Source: a virus (lineage: Duplodnaviria; Caudoviricetes). Taken from it: a stretch of 64,000 nt of DNA. A program made the translations under genes and the position numbers. The stretch lies in the IMG/VR virus record IMGVR_UViG_3300024262_000013. One strand, written 5' to 3'. Shown here piece by piece: positions 1-12,073 of this stretch (position 1 is the stretch's first letter; every line of letters begins with the position of its first letter). The notes below the pieces were generated by a model. That model was given only the letters and a program-made list of their open reading frames with translations. It ran no database searches and had not been told where the DNA came from.

Positions 1-2
1 TA

Positions 3-2885
3 GGTCTTCAAGTAGTTGCGGGTGGTGGGTTAACTCAGGGTAATTTTGAGTTTTCTACATCTATTGTTGAAAAAGTTAATAGAACATTTGAAACTGGTGT
101 TTTTAGTAGTCCTATTTCATTAACAGATTTGGATGTTACGAGTATTGAAGAGTCGAAAGCGATAGCGATAAAGAATTATAGGGTTTACCCAAATTACGAC
201 ATTAGTCAAGTTACTAATTACGCTCTTTACGGTTCATTACAAAAAAGACTTTCAGCTTCAATCACAAAGATAATTAATTTCTTTCCTGCGTCGATACAAG
301 TTAATAGATTGTCACTACCAACGTATTCAAGTGCTAATACCGCTAATAATATATCGTTCGATAGTATTGAACAAGTAACAACATTTACGATGGACGTTAC
401 AAGATTCGATAACCCTTTTGATATTGACTACTCGGTGAATGCTGCACGTAATGTTTCTGTTAGAGCGTACCCAACAAGTCCTTTAAGAGATATGACCACT
501 AACTATAACAAATATGCGTTATACGTTAATGATATGGAAACAGAATATCAGTTTGTTAATTTTATAGCGTCACAAAATGTATCTGCGGGTACGGTTACTG
601 TAAGCGTATTAGGCAACCCATTTAGTGGTCTAACAGCTACTACTGATACACTAATTTTAAGACCAAATACTTTCCAAACTGAATTTGCATTTCAAGAGTA
701 TTTTGATGAGGTTGAAGATTTTCTACTTAATAGATTTAGTAATCCTCCATATACCGCAACTTTTGATTTAGTTGAGGAAAACGATAACGGTCAGTTCGTT
801 AAAAGTAAGAAAAAAGTTACATGGCCTAAATTTGGGGTATGGAATTTAGATATATTAACAGTAAGGTTTGATAACTATCTTACACAGGTTAGTCAGATTG
901 GTGAACTCATTGATAGATACAAAACAGATTTAATTGTTAGATTTTTAACTACCGGAGCATTTAAAGATTTCGATACTGGAGATAAAAAAGTAGAAAAAGT
1001 CTTACAGATTTACGGTAGAAGTTTTGATGAATCTAAAAAATTCATAGATGCGTTATCTTTTATGAATTCGGTACACTATACTCCGCAAAACGATATACCA
1101 TCTGAATTATTACAAAATTTAGCACAAACTTTAGGTTGGGACACAAATATATCACCAATTACTAATGAAGATTTTTTAACATCTATTTTTGGTACAAAAA
1201 ATAAGTCTATTTATTCTGGATTTCAAAATGACCCCACACCAAATCAGTTAAACTACCAATTCTACAGGAATTTAATATTAAATTCCGCTTACCTCTTTAA
1301 ATCTAAGGGTACCCGACATTCAATTGAGGCTATTCTGAGAATGGTGGGAGCACCTAAAGATTTGATTGAATTTAATGAGATTGTTTATGTTGCCGATGGG
1401 CCGATAAATGTTAAAAGGTTTGAGGGTGAATTCTTAAAGTTTTCTGGAGGTACTAAAGTTGACGATGTTCCCTCATTAGACCCTGCGGTTGTTTATAATA
1501 TCCAAGGGGTGACGTACACTGGATTTACAACGTCTAAATATGTCACACAAACTAACACGGTTAGAGGTGATTACCCTATGAATGAGTATGGTTACCCAAA
1601 AAGAGCAATTACAAACAACGAATACTTTTTTGAAAAAGGAGCGGGATGGTATATCGAGACTCCGGACCATAGAGCCGTAGAAAAACTTGATATTACTAAT
1701 TCAACATTTACAGGGGCGAATCCTAGTATTCAAACATCTTTAGAGACTTTCACTTATGGTCAAAAATATTTTGATAGGTTCAGGAAATTTCCATTTATGG
1801 ATGTTGGTTTTGGTTTAACTAGAACTATCGATAATAATAAGTCTTGGGATGATACGGAAACGGGTATAAGAAGAAACCGAGACGGAGCGTATAACGCGTA
1901 TTATGAGGTTTTTGATGAAAAATTAGTGCTTAACGCCAAAAATGTAGAAATATATTTAAATATGGCTCAAGGTATAACCTACGATATATGGAGAATGTCG
2001 AGAAGATATGATTATCCTTTTCCTTCTTCAGGTTTAACGTCACCTTATCCGTCACCTGGTGGTCAGGATTGGACAGTAATTAATCCACTTCCTAAAGAAA
2101 AGACATTTTTTGAGTTTGCTCAGACTTTTTATAATACATTAATTAATGTAAGAAATAGGCAGACAATTAGTGATGGTGCAGTTAATAGTTATCCGACATT
2201 ACAATCAATATATTGGAAATATTTACAATCAGACTCCGCAGTTAACATACCGTCTAATCAATATACGTATCAAAAAATGATTGATTTTACTTTAGGTATT
2301 GGGGATTATTGGACGAAACTAATTGAACAAATGATTCCGGCGTCTACGATATGGATGGGTGGTCAAAAAATGGTTAATAATGTCCTACAAAGACAAAAAC
2401 ATGTATGGAGAAGGCAAAGAGGTTGTGAGATAATACCTATCGATTGTATCCCCTGTATATATTATGGTCAATTATTTAGGGATGACTGCATTGACCAAAC
2501 ACTAACATGTGATGTTAATATCTCTTCGATGCCGACATTACTAACTAATAGTGTTAATCAATGTGTTGCGAAGTCAGGATACACAGTTAATGATTGTATT
2601 CAATCTTCATTGACGAGTACGTGGTATGTAGATGTAAGGTTAGATTCGACCATTTTAGTCCAAGAAATTTTCTATATAGGTTATGGAATGCAAGATTACC
2701 CAACATTTATTGAATGGATTAATGCATTGAATAGTAAGTTACAGTATTTATATCAAAGTGGTTTAAATTATAGTATAGATAGTAATAATATTTTAACAGT
2801 CAGTAATACTGGGTGTAATGATGATTTTACCAATAAAACTTTAACAGTTAATGTTGGAGTAAACATAGAAATTAATTGTAGTTAA
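3..2885 (+). CDS. baseplate wedge/tail structural protein (P2 gpI-like motif), 5'-truncated
   Basis: Frame is open from base 3 (GLQVVAGGG...), upstream of the TTG at 129. Contains LLQNLAQTLGW...NSAYLFKSKGTRHSIEAILRMVG, typical of gpI-like baseplate proteins. Confidence 0.55.
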   Translation, partial: GLQVVAGGGLTQGNFEFSTSIVEKVNRTFETGVFSSPISLTDLDVTSIEESKAIAIKNYRVYPNYDISQVTNYALYGSLQKRLSASITKIINFFPASIQVNRLSLPTYSSANTANNISFDSIEQVTTFTMDVTRFDNPFDIDYSVNAARNVSVRAYPTSPLRDMTTNYNKYALYVNDMETEYQFVNFIASQNVSAGTVTVSVLGNPFSGLTATTDTLILRPNTFQTEFAFQEYFDEVEDFLLNRFSNPPYTATFDLVEENDNGQFVKSKKKVTWPKFGVWNLDILTVRFDNYLTQVSQIGELIDRYKTDLIVRFLTTGAFKDFDTGDKKVEKVLQIYGRSFDESKKFIDALSFMNSVHYTPQNDIPSELLQNLAQTLGWDTNISPITNEDFLTSIFGTKNKSIYSGFQNDPTPNQLNYQFYRNLILNSAYLFKSKGTRHSIEAILRMVGAPKDLIEFNEIVYVADGPINVKRFEGEFLKFSGGTKVDDVPSLDPAVVYNIQGVTYTGFTTSKYVTQTNTVRGDYPMNEYGYPKRAITNNEYFFEKGAGWYIETPDHRAVEKLDITNSTFTGANPSIQTSLETFTYGQKYFDRFRKFPFMDVGFGLTRTIDNNKSWDDTETGIRRNRDGAYNAYYEVFDEKLVLNAKNVEIYLNMAQGITYDIWRMSRRYDYPFPSSGLTSPYPSPGGQDWTVINPLPKEKTFFEFAQTFYNTLINVRNRQTISDGAVNSYPTLQSIYWKYLQSDSAVNIPSNQYTYQKMIDFTLGIGDYWTKLIEQMIPASTIWMGGQKMVNNVLQRQKHVWRRQRGCEIIPIDCIPCIYYGQLFRDDCIDQTLTCDVNISSMPTLLTNSVNQCVAKSGYTVNDCIQSSLTSTWYVDVRLDSTILVQEIFYIGYGMQDYPTFIEWINALNSKLQYLYQSGLNYSIDSNNILTVSNTGCNDDFTNKTLTVNVGVNIEINCS

Positions 2886-5800
2886 TGGCGTTTCAGTATT
2901 TTCAATTACAACAGGCCTCATCGGTCTCTTCTCCGATAACCGGAGATACAATCACATTAAGGTGGGATGACACTATAGTTCCTGCGGGGAATACTCAGGC
3001 CAGTACTTTAAGTCTTTTAGGCTTATTTCCAAACTCAACATGGAAATTTAGGTCACGTATATGGACAGTTGTCTCTTTAGGTTCATCACCAATATCTTTT
3101 GATACCGAAATACTATCTGGCGAATTATGGGTATTAGATTTAACTGCGGGTAGGACAGTTTGGGTTGGAAACACTTTCGATATTAATACTACGTTTTTTG
3201 CTCAAAATTATATAGAAATTGAAACGGGTACAGGAACGACCGTTTACTCGCCTAGATACTATACCTCATTCTATAGTGCAAATACATTCAATAACCAATT
3301 ATTGGTAATAGGTTCAGATACTAATCGATATGACCCCATTTATTTACTTAGTTTAGAGGATTATAACCATATAACTAATCAAGGTGTTGTTAACTACGAT
3401 TTTGATACTGCAACGTCTGTTACTTCAGATATTAGTCCGGCGGTATCTACTTTAATACCATATACTGCAACATCAGCTAGAAACTATTTTAATGGGTTGT
3501 ATGATGGATGGGTTACGGCTTCTGATGATTGTTATGGTAATGTGTTTACCTCGAATACACTGGTCATTAAATATCCTGGGGATATGCATGATAGGGATGA
3601 GTCGTACTCATCGAAATGGGGTGGACCTTGTTTAAGAGTTAATAGTGCTCAATCACCGTACAGTGGTAGTGTCACAAATTATCCGGTGATTGTTGATTCG
3701 TGGTATACTGATTGTGTTGACTGTGAAACAAGTAATTCTAATTTAAACGTTTATAAGTATAGTGCGGATACTACTTGTGAAGGTAATTCAGTTAGTTTAG
3801 CTAAATTTAGTGCTGACACAATAAGTTGGGGTAGTCCCTTAGGGATACACGCAACTAGTATTCCTGTTGATGGTAACTTTGTAAAGTTACAAAAACCATC
3901 GTGTTATGGAGGTGATAGTGGTCCAATAACTCAAATTTTGGTTTCTGAGTCAACTAACGAGGAACTAACTTTAATTTTTGACACTTGCGATGACTGTACC
4001 GGTAACACTAACCCATCAGTATTACATTATTACTTTTCCGGATGTAATAATAGTGATGTTTATCGTGTTAATAGTATTGATTATGACGCGTTGTTGGTGA
4101 CACCTCCCGTTTTACTTAATCTTTACTTACTTGAAAATTTTATAACAATACCTGATGGTTGTTATAGTTATATCTCATCTGCGGTAACATATACTGACAT
4201 TACTAATATATATGCTTCAGCTACCTCTACTGATGGTATTGCGACTTGCTCAGACTCGTTATGTCTTCCAGCATCTACCCCGACACCAACGCCAACAATG
4301 ACTGTTACCCCAACACCAACAGTAACGATAACTAATACCGTTACACCTACTCTAACACCAACGATTACACCAACTTTAACAACGACACCAACCTTAACTC
4401 CTACGATAACGGCAACACCATCTCCTAGTTCAGGGAAAGCTCCAGAATTAGCCGACAAATTAAATAGTTGTGAGGTAATAAGCGAAAGTCAAAAAGTTTT
4501 TGTTTTTTACGATGCAACATCATTAGATGCGGCACAAGCTCAAGACGCTTCGGATTCTATACGTACTTGGTATAACACGAAAGTAACTAACGGAGAGTTA
4601 AGTGCGAATAATTTATATGAGGGAGTTATTGGTGAAAATTCAAACAATGGTGAGAATTGGATGTGGTGGGCATCTTATCCGTATTTAGGTTCATTAAGTG
4701 GGGGTACGGTTAATGGAACTCAAATTAATGAGTTTAGTAGTCCGGTAACTAATTCAATTTATAATAGTCAATGGTGTTGGAGTGGTAATACTAGTCTGTG
4801 TGTACCTAAACCATCAGAATTTAACGATGAATTGACGACTGGGGATATTTACCGAAGAATTAATAGGGGGTATATGTTAACAGGCTCCTATGGTATTAGC
4901 GATAGTAGAACTAATGGTGTACCATTTAGTCATAACGATTTAGACGGTTCCTCATCTACCGGTCCGGGTACGTTCTCAGGTCAAGAAAGTAATTATATAT
5001 CAATTTTTATTATAGATGAGTCCGACAGTTATGTTGGTCTTTATACTGGTGAGTACGATAAAGCCGAACATATTTATACATTACCATTTAATTTAAGGGG
5101 TACATATTGGAATAGTAATTTAATAACACAATATACGGATAGATTTCAGTATGATTATGAATCGTATTTACAAGTTTGGGATGAAATAAGACAAAGTGGT
5201 GGAACTATAAACGGTTTAGTTTATCCTGTAGTTACCTCTAATATGGGAGGCACACCGGCATTTGCTTTCCATTCAGTTGCGGCATCTCAGGGTGAAACTA
5301 TTGACGCTTCGACTTTCTTATCAACTTACGGTGATAATATATTTCAGGTTGGACCACAGATTTTAAATTTCAGTGCGTTAACCACAACTAATGTTTATTC
5401 TGGTCTTACTGGAACAACCGCGTATCAAAATCTACCCGCCCAATACAAAAATGGTTCGGGACTTAAAAACTTTGGTATATTAAGTGACCCTACAGTTAGT
5501 AATTTCACGGTGGGAGTTGTAACACCATCTTTAGATAGTTTCTTACTTAATATACAAACACCATTAAACATCATTTATGTCCCTACCGGTGGAAGAAATA
5601 CAAATGAAGTTTATAATCTATCAGGTGATTGTTATACGGTTGAAGAGGTTAATATTAATACCTCTCAACCACTTAGTAATGCCTCTAATCAAATAGGTCC
5701 CTTTACGAGTTGTAACGAATGTGAAACTACGGGATGTTTTTCAGGTGTAACTACTGGATTTTATACGTATACTGATTGTTGTGGTGTTATACAACAAGGT

Positions 5801-8800
5801 AGTCAAGTTGGATTAAATGTCTGTGTTGATACTTCAGTGAGTTACTCGGAAGTTCGAATAACTACTGATGCGTGTGTACAGGGGTGTGACGAAGGGCCAT
5901 TAGACTATACTTTTGATGTTACAGGTACATGTGTTAGTGGTAGTGGAATTATAATTATTTCACCATTATACGGCACTAAACCTTATACTATAACAAATAC
6001 GTCAACAACTTCATCATCAGGTCTTCTATTACTTCCTCAAACGGGTAACGGACCCTTTACATTTAATGGTGTAGATGAAGGTAATTATGTGTTTATATTA
6101 TCAGATAGTTCTGGTGGTTCAAATCAAGATGTCACTATAAATGTAACTGTTGCTGGATGTTTTACCGCTCAAATAATAGGTGTGTCAGGAACAACATGTG
6201 GTAACTTTAATTCCGGACAATTAACGGTTACGAGTAATTCCTTATCTTCGCCATATCAATACGATTTATATAATAGTGTAGGTATTACACAATCAAACAA
6301 TAGTTTATTACCTAGCCAAGGATTTATAGGGTTAATACCGGGTACCTATTATGCCATAGTTACTGATTTCGGAGGTGCAACGGCACAAACAAATAACGCG
6401 GTAATAGTTAATACTTCGGTAATTAGTTATAATGTTGTTGTTGTTGATGACTCACCATGTGGCGTTGGAGTTGGTAGTGCCACGGTTACTGATATTACCG
6501 GAGGTACACCACCATATACGTATTTATGGTCAAATAATCAGACAGGTGTAACCACAACAGGGTTAGGTCAAGGTAATTGGTCAGTTAATGTGACGGACTC
6601 ACTTGGATGTGTGGTTAGTGATTCATTTAACGTTGGTCTAGCTAGTCCATTAGGTGTTGTGTCAACAATTCCAACCCAAGCCGATTGTTTCATATGTGAT
6701 GGTCAAGTTAATATCACGATATCTGGAGGTAGTGCACCATATATTTTTCAAAACAGTAGTGGTCCTGTTGTAACCACTAATAATTTAAGTCAGGTATTTA
6801 CAGGTTTATGTGGAGGGTTTAATAGTACCATAATCACAGATGCTGGTGGGTGTAGTATAACATCTATTCAAAATATAACGTCAACTGCCGGATTTAACAT
6901 TGTTAGTGTTAATACCACAAACTCTGACTGTAATAATGACGGGGATATATCTATACAGATTAGCGCCCCACAAGGGATATTCACTTATAGTGTAACTGAC
7001 AGTAATGGTTCAGTACAGTCTATTAGTACGAGTTCCCAATCACACACTTTTAATAATTTACCTTCAGATACCTATACTGTTACTGTATCAACACAAAATG
7101 GTTCTTGTACTTATACTACTCAAGAAACCATAACTAATAATCCAAAATTCACTGTAGGTACTACGATAGTTAGCGGGACTTGTGGTAATAATGGTGAGAT
7201 TAATGTTACTTTAACTGCGGGTTCATTACCATTACAACTTCCATTTGATTATACATTAACTAACATAAACACAAGTGCGGTTGTTTATTCGGTAATAGAT
7301 GTTAATCTAACTACATTACAAATATCTAATTTAGTCCCATCGACATACCTTTTAGAAGTAACTGACCGTTTAAATTGTACGGTATCGGAAACCATTACTA
7401 TAGGTGCATCAACAGGTATGGATTTCTCTATCATGACAACTAACTGTGTTACGGGTAACGATGGTACTGCAACTATATCTATCTTCCAAGGGTTAGCTCC
7501 TTTTGTTATTCAGTGGGACAATGGTGAAACTACCATGTCAATTAGTGGTTTAAGTGGTGGTACATATTCTGCGACCATAATAGATGCCAATGGTTGTGTC
7601 GATACTGATTCGGTAACAATTAACTGTAACAGTCAAAATGTTGAATGTTACGAATTAAACGAGATTTGTGAGAATGACTTTATAACTACGTCAGCAGGTA
7701 TTAGGGATTTTGAAACAATGTTAAATGAAGGGTTTAATGATTTAACCTCAGGACATACTGATTGTACTTTAAATAGTGCGGTATTCTACGCGATAGTTGA
7801 TTTTTCAGGGGGAGTGATAACTCCACCAATACATATCGAATACCCATTTTATACGGGAACAACATTAAGTGAATACCCAAGTGCTCAACAATGGATGGAT
7901 GCCGTTAACACTATACTTTTACTAATACCGCAAATTGAAAGCTTTACATTAGACATTAATAATAATCAAATAACTATTATTTCTGACTGTGAAGAATTAA
8001 AGGGAGTGTACTTTAGGTTGAGTACTAAGATTATATATGACATAACGTGTATTGATATTCCGACACCAACACCAACACCAACAAATACTTTAACGCCAAC
8101 ACCTACTCCGACACAAGCAGTGGTTGTAATTGATGATGAAACCGAAATTAATATATTCTTTGATGATTCAGGTTCTATGAGTGGTACTGAAACGCCATTA
8201 AATACTATGGCGACTACTATTCTTAAAACATGTCTACTACCGTTTTACAACAATGACTCAGCACTATATGATAGTAGAGTTAGAGTTTTAGAAATGGCGG
8301 CGGACGTGGGATTATTTGAGAGAGGATATGCATGTTTAGCGACAACCGGTACAACATCATCAATTACTAAAGTTATTAACTTATCGTTCCAAGACGAGGC
8401 AAGTCCATATGGTGGGGCTGGCGGTTGGACTTTTTTAACACCGAGAACCTCTACCTTTAATACCGACATAACAACTTTAAGGTCGAACATCGATAATAAT
8501 CCAACTAATTATATTCTTGGTGAGTATTTCCAAGTTCAGACATCAACTTCCGGCATATTCGCTAATTTTAAAGAATTATTACAGTCGGTTGAAGGTGGTT
8601 TAGGTCAATATACGGTACCTTTTGGGTTATCCGATAAAACCGAAATACATAATACGTATGATGTGACACCTAGTTCCACACCACAATATTATATGGACCT
8701 AATAATTACAGCAATTAATAATTTAGGTTATAATGTACCACCATGTGGACCTTCACCAACCCCAACCCCAACTCCTACACCGACACCAGCGGCGTCAACG

Positions 8801-9130
8801 TTAACTATTCAAACTAATGCTCAAGATTGTTCATTTGGTTCGATAACTATAACTAACGGTTCGTCAACAATATTTAATTATAGTAGAGTGTCGGGTACAG
8901 GCACATATGCTAATACTCAGAATATACCCTTACAAATTGGGGATGTAATATCAATCAATGGAACTAGTCAGATACCTACAGGTAGTAGATGTATTCAATA
9001 TCCGACAACTAACTTAACTGTTACTGTTGATGGTGTTATACAAATAAATGTTGATAATGCGAGTGGAAATCACCAATTCACTGTCGCAACAACGAATCCG
9101 AATATTTTGATAGGGTATACGGTATCATAG
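2885..9130 (+). CDS. giant virion-associated adhesin-like protein (Cys-rich modules, PT linkers, SprB-like repeats, VWA-like domain)
   Basis: 2081 aa; TAATG-coupled to the upstream gene. GGTPPYTYLWSN...TVTDSLGC-type SprB repeats, FFDDSGSM MIDAS-like motif, DCxxC motifs. Confidence 0.6.
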   Translation: MAFQYFQLQQASSVSSPITGDTITLRWDDTIVPAGNTQASTLSLLGLFPNSTWKFRSRIWTVVSLGSSPISFDTEILSGELWVLDLTAGRTVWVGNTFDINTTFFAQNYIEIETGTGTTVYSPRYYTSFYSANTFNNQLLVIGSDTNRYDPIYLLSLEDYNHITNQGVVNYDFDTATSVTSDISPAVSTLIPYTATSARNYFNGLYDGWVTASDDCYGNVFTSNTLVIKYPGDMHDRDESYSSKWGGPCLRVNSAQSPYSGSVTNYPVIVDSWYTDCVDCETSNSNLNVYKYSADTTCEGNSVSLAKFSADTISWGSPLGIHATSIPVDGNFVKLQKPSCYGGDSGPITQILVSESTNEELTLIFDTCDDCTGNTNPSVLHYYFSGCNNSDVYRVNSIDYDALLVTPPVLLNLYLLENFITIPDGCYSYISSAVTYTDITNIYASATSTDGIATCSDSLCLPASTPTPTPTMTVTPTPTVTITNTVTPTLTPTITPTLTTTPTLTPTITATPSPSSGKAPELADKLNSCEVISESQKVFVFYDATSLDAAQAQDASDSIRTWYNTKVTNGELSANNLYEGVIGENSNNGENWMWWASYPYLGSLSGGTVNGTQINEFSSPVTNSIYNSQWCWSGNTSLCVPKPSEFNDELTTGDIYRRINRGYMLTGSYGISDSRTNGVPFSHNDLDGSSSTGPGTFSGQESNYISIFIIDESDSYVGLYTGEYDKAEHIYTLPFNLRGTYWNSNLITQYTDRFQYDYESYLQVWDEIRQSGGTINGLVYPVVTSNMGGTPAFAFHSVAASQGETIDASTFLSTYGDNIFQVGPQILNFSALTTTNVYSGLTGTTAYQNLPAQYKNGSGLKNFGILSDPTVSNFTVGVVTPSLDSFLLNIQTPLNIIYVPTGGRNTNEVYNLSGDCYTVEEVNINTSQPLSNASNQIGPFTSCNECETTGCFSGVTTGFYTYTDCCGVIQQGSQVGLNVCVDTSVSYSEVRITTDACVQGCDEGPLDYTFDVTGTCVSGSGIIIISPLYGTKPYTITNTSTTSSSGLLLLPQTGNGPFTFNGVDEGNYVFILSDSSGGSNQDVTINVTVAGCFTAQIIGVSGTTCGNFNSGQLTVTSNSLSSPYQYDLYNSVGITQSNNSLLPSQGFIGLIPGTYYAIVTDFGGATAQTNNAVIVNTSVISYNVVVVDDSPCGVGVGSATVTDITGGTPPYTYLWSNNQTGVTTTGLGQGNWSVNVTDSLGCVVSDSFNVGLASPLGVVSTIPTQADCFICDGQVNITISGGSAPYIFQNSSGPVVTTNNLSQVFTGLCGGFNSTIITDAGGCSITSIQNITSTAGFNIVSVNTTNSDCNNDGDISIQISAPQGIFTYSVTDSNGSVQSISTSSQSHTFNNLPSDTYTVTVSTQNGSCTYTTQETITNNPKFTVGTTIVSGTCGNNGEINVTLTAGSLPLQLPFDYTLTNINTSAVVYSVIDVNLTTLQISNLVPSTYLLEVTDRLNCTVSETITIGASTGMDFSIMTTNCVTGNDGTATISIFQGLAPFVIQWDNGETTMSISGLSGGTYSATIIDANGCVDTDSVTINCNSQNVECYELNEICENDFITTSAGIRDFETMLNEGFNDLTSGHTDCTLNSAVFYAIVDFSGGVITPPIHIEYPFYTGTTLSEYPSAQQWMDAVNTILLLIPQIESFTLDINNNQITIISDCEELKGVYFRLSTKIIYDITCIDIPTPTPTPTNTLTPTPTPTQAVVVIDDETEINIFFDDSGSMSGTETPLNTMATTILKTCLLPFYNNDSALYDSRVRVLEMAADVGLFERGYACLATTGTTSSITKVINLSFQDEASPYGGAGGWTFLTPRTSTFNTDITTLRSNIDNNPTNYILGEYFQVQTSTSGIFANFKELLQSVEGGLGQYTVPFGLSDKTEIHNTYDVTPSSTPQYYMDLIITAINNLGYNVPPCGPSPTPTPTPTPTPAASTLTIQTNAQDCSFGSITITNGSSTIFNYSRVSGTGTYANTQNIPLQIGDVISINGTSQIPTGSRCIQYPTTNLTVTVDGVIQINVDNASGNHQFTVATTNPNILIGYTVS

Positions 9131-9190
9131 AAATGGGTGTTATATATATATAATAAGTTATAACTAAAAACCAAATAAAAAAGTAAATAG

Positions 9191-9223
9191 AAGATTGTAT
9201 TTTACAATCTTGTAGTATTTATA
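9191..9223 (+). promoter_or_regulatory. putative late promoter TATTTATA with adjacent inverted repeat
   Basis: AAGATTGTA-TTT-TACAATCTT (9191-9211), then TATTTATA (9216-9223). Confidence 0.55.
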
Positions 9224-9241
9224 TAACAAACGTATTAATAA

Positions 9242-12073
9242 ATGTCTCAAGTAATAATAAGATTAACCTTAAGTTCAAATGCAGTCGGACCATTCAGTAT
9301 ATATACGGGCTCTACCGCAACTACGCCGATTAAAACGGGTGTAACTAGAGACCAAATTATTGCGGGAGTTGTTTTAGACTTACCAGGTTCAGTTGCAGGT
9401 ATTCAATACCTTATACTTGTAGTTAATAAACAAGTTGGTTGTAATAATGAAACTGTCTCTAAACAGGTAGTTGTTTACGAATCGGCAGTCACACCGACTG
9501 TTACTCCAACTCTTACTGTTACTCCAACTCTTACTCCAACAAATACAGTTACTCCAACAAACACTCCGACTCAGGCTCAGGCCACTCCAACGCCAACACA
9601 GACAGTAACGATGACTATGACAGTCACTCCAACAGTTACTACTACTCCAACAAACACTATTGATGTTACACCTACTAATACTCCAACTCAAACTGTGACG
9701 GTAACACCGACAGATACTCCAGGTGCTAGCCCAACAAGTACACCAACAAATACAGTAACTCCTACAATTACTCCTACAGTAACATTAACGTCTACACCAA
9801 CTAACACACCAACAGGAACACCATCAACTACTCCAGGTGTTACTCCAACTAACACACCAACAAATACAGTCACTAATACAGTAACTCCTACAATTACTGC
9901 AACGGTTACTAGTTCACCAACAGGTACGCCATCCGTTACTCCAACTAACACACCAACAGGAACACCAGCAACTACTCCAGGGATAACACCAACAAATACA
10001 CCAACTAATACTGTAACTCCATCAATAACTGCTGAAGTTACACCTTCAGTAACTGCAACAGTTACACCAACAGGTACACCATCTGTTACCGTTACTAACA
10101 CACCAACAAATACAGTTACACCGACAGGTACACCATCTGTTACCGTAACTAATACTCCAACAAATACTGTAACTCCAACAGGTACACCATCAGTTACGGT
10201 AACTAATACGCCAACAAATACTGTAACTCCAACAGGTACACCATCAGTTACGGTAACTAATACGCCAACAGTTACTACTACACCGACAGATACTCCAGGT
10301 GCTAGCCCAACAGTGACACCAACAAATACTGCGACACCATCCGTTACGCCAACTAACACACCAACTAACACACCAACTAACACAGTTACTCCAACAGGAA
10401 CTGCTCAAGTAACTCCTACAATTACACCTACAAATACTGTAACACCAACTCAAACTGCTGTAGTAACTCAAACTCCGACTCCAACCAATACGGTGACACC
10501 ATCTGCCACTGCTGAGGTAACACCAACACCTTCGGTAACCACTACAATCACACCTACCGCTACTGCTGAAATTACCCCAACACCTTCGGTAACGACTACA
10601 GTTACTCCAACAGGAACCGCTCAAGTTACACCAACAATAACGCCGACAAATACAGTTACTCCAACTAATACACCAACAGGTACTGCGTCAGTAACTCCGA
10701 CTAATACTCCAACAAATACTGTAACTCCAACAGATACTCCATCTGTTACTCCAACAGGTACACCATCAGTTACGGTAACTAATACGCCAACAGTTACTAC
10801 TACACCGACAGATACTCCATCCGTTACACCAACAGGTACCGCGTCAGTAACTCCAACTAACACACCAACTAATACTGTAACACCAACTAATACTCCAACT
10901 AACACAGTTACTCCAACAGGAACTGCTCAAGTAACACCAACGATAACGCCAACAAATACCGTTACCCCAACAGGTACCGCTCAAGTAACACCAACTAATA
11001 CACCAACTAATACTGTAACTCCAACAGGAACTGCTGCGGTAACATCAACTCCAAAACCAACTATTACAATTACGCCAACTAATACTGTAACTCCAACAGT
11101 TACTCCAACTAATACTCCAACAGGAACTCCGGCGGTAACATCAACTCCAGAACCAACTAATACGGTCACTCCAACTAATACTCCAACAGGTACCGCTCAA
11201 GTAACACCAACTCCAGGACCAACTAATACGGTTACTCCGACTAATACTCCAACAGGTACGGCAGCGGTAACTCCGACAATTACGCCAACTAATACTGTAA
11301 CTCCAACAGTTACACCAACTAATACACCAACAGGAACTGCGGCGGTAACATCAACACCAGAACCAACTAATACGGTTACTCCGACTAATACTCCAACTAA
11401 TACTTCAACGCCGACAAACACTCCAACCAACACCCCAACGACTACACCAACAAATACACCAACAAATACACCAACTAATACTGTAACACCAACACCAACA
11501 CCAACTCAAGGAGTAATACCTAAAGCTTTATTATTTATTATTGAAAGTACTAATAACAACGCATTTGCGACTTATATGAATAACCAAGGGTCAGGATTCT
11601 TTGGGTTTGGTTTCTCAACACCACCATCTACAGGTTCAGATATTGTAACATTTATGGATTGGCCAGGGTTCTATAACGGTACCGCACCTACTGTAATTGA
11701 GGCGGTTATACCTCAAACGTCAGGAGGGGTTGATTCCTTTGGTAATGCAATTACTCAATATAATTTTGAAACGACTGAAATACCTATAGGAACAGTTTCA
11801 GGAGCAGCTTGGTACTATTGGTTAATACCACAATCTCAGTTAGGATTAACATCTAATAGACAATTAGATATTGGTTATAATATTAATTCTGACCCTGGTG
11901 TACTCACTGCTAGGTCTCTGAGTCCATCAATATATAATTTAGCGGGTAATTATAGTGGAGTTAATTGGGCGGCCGATACTTATAGAATGTATACTTCGTA
12001 TGGTAATACCGCATTTAACATCCAGAATAATAATACTGATGATATATATTTTAAAGGTTTGACTGTCGGATAA
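9242..12073 (+). CDS. mucin-like Thr/Pro-repeat virion protein
   Basis: 943 aa; about 670 aa of (xT)n Thr/Pro repeat between two small globular domains; TATTTATA upstream. Confidence 0.75.
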   Translation: MSQVIIRLTLSSNAVGPFSIYTGSTATTPIKTGVTRDQIIAGVVLDLPGSVAGIQYLILVVNKQVGCNNETVSKQVVVYESAVTPTVTPTLTVTPTLTPTNTVTPTNTPTQAQATPTPTQTVTMTMTVTPTVTTTPTNTIDVTPTNTPTQTVTVTPTDTPGASPTSTPTNTVTPTITPTVTLTSTPTNTPTGTPSTTPGVTPTNTPTNTVTNTVTPTITATVTSSPTGTPSVTPTNTPTGTPATTPGITPTNTPTNTVTPSITAEVTPSVTATVTPTGTPSVTVTNTPTNTVTPTGTPSVTVTNTPTNTVTPTGTPSVTVTNTPTNTVTPTGTPSVTVTNTPTVTTTPTDTPGASPTVTPTNTATPSVTPTNTPTNTPTNTVTPTGTAQVTPTITPTNTVTPTQTAVVTQTPTPTNTVTPSATAEVTPTPSVTTTITPTATAEITPTPSVTTTVTPTGTAQVTPTITPTNTVTPTNTPTGTASVTPTNTPTNTVTPTDTPSVTPTGTPSVTVTNTPTVTTTPTDTPSVTPTGTASVTPTNTPTNTVTPTNTPTNTVTPTGTAQVTPTITPTNTVTPTGTAQVTPTNTPTNTVTPTGTAAVTSTPKPTITITPTNTVTPTVTPTNTPTGTPAVTSTPEPTNTVTPTNTPTGTAQVTPTPGPTNTVTPTNTPTGTAAVTPTITPTNTVTPTVTPTNTPTGTAAVTSTPEPTNTVTPTNTPTNTSTPTNTPTNTPTTTPTNTPTNTPTNTVTPTPTPTQGVIPKALLFIIESTNNNAFATYMNNQGSGFFGFGFSTPPSTGSDIVTFMDWPGFYNGTAPTVIEAVIPQTSGGVDSFGNAITQYNFETTEIPIGTVSGAAWYYWLIPQSQLGLTSNRQLDIGYNINSDPGVLTARSLSPSIYNLAGNYSGVNWAADTYRMYTSYGNTAFNIQNNNTDDIYFKGLTVG
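9488..11508 (+). repeat. Thr/Pro coding repeat tract
   Basis: ACN/CCN-dominated imperfect tandem repeats. Confidence 0.9.

Noticed and set aside
9389-11433. Minus-strand ORFs rich in VGV/CWS over the Thr/Pro tract (also 4168-4458, 24735-27448)
   Set aside because: The antisense of ACN/CCN codons rarely contains stops; these are shadows of the plus-strand repeats.
9488-11508. Ice-binding TxT beta-solenoid
   Set aside because: The very high Pro content is incompatible with a regular beta-solenoid; a linker/mucin interpretation fits better.
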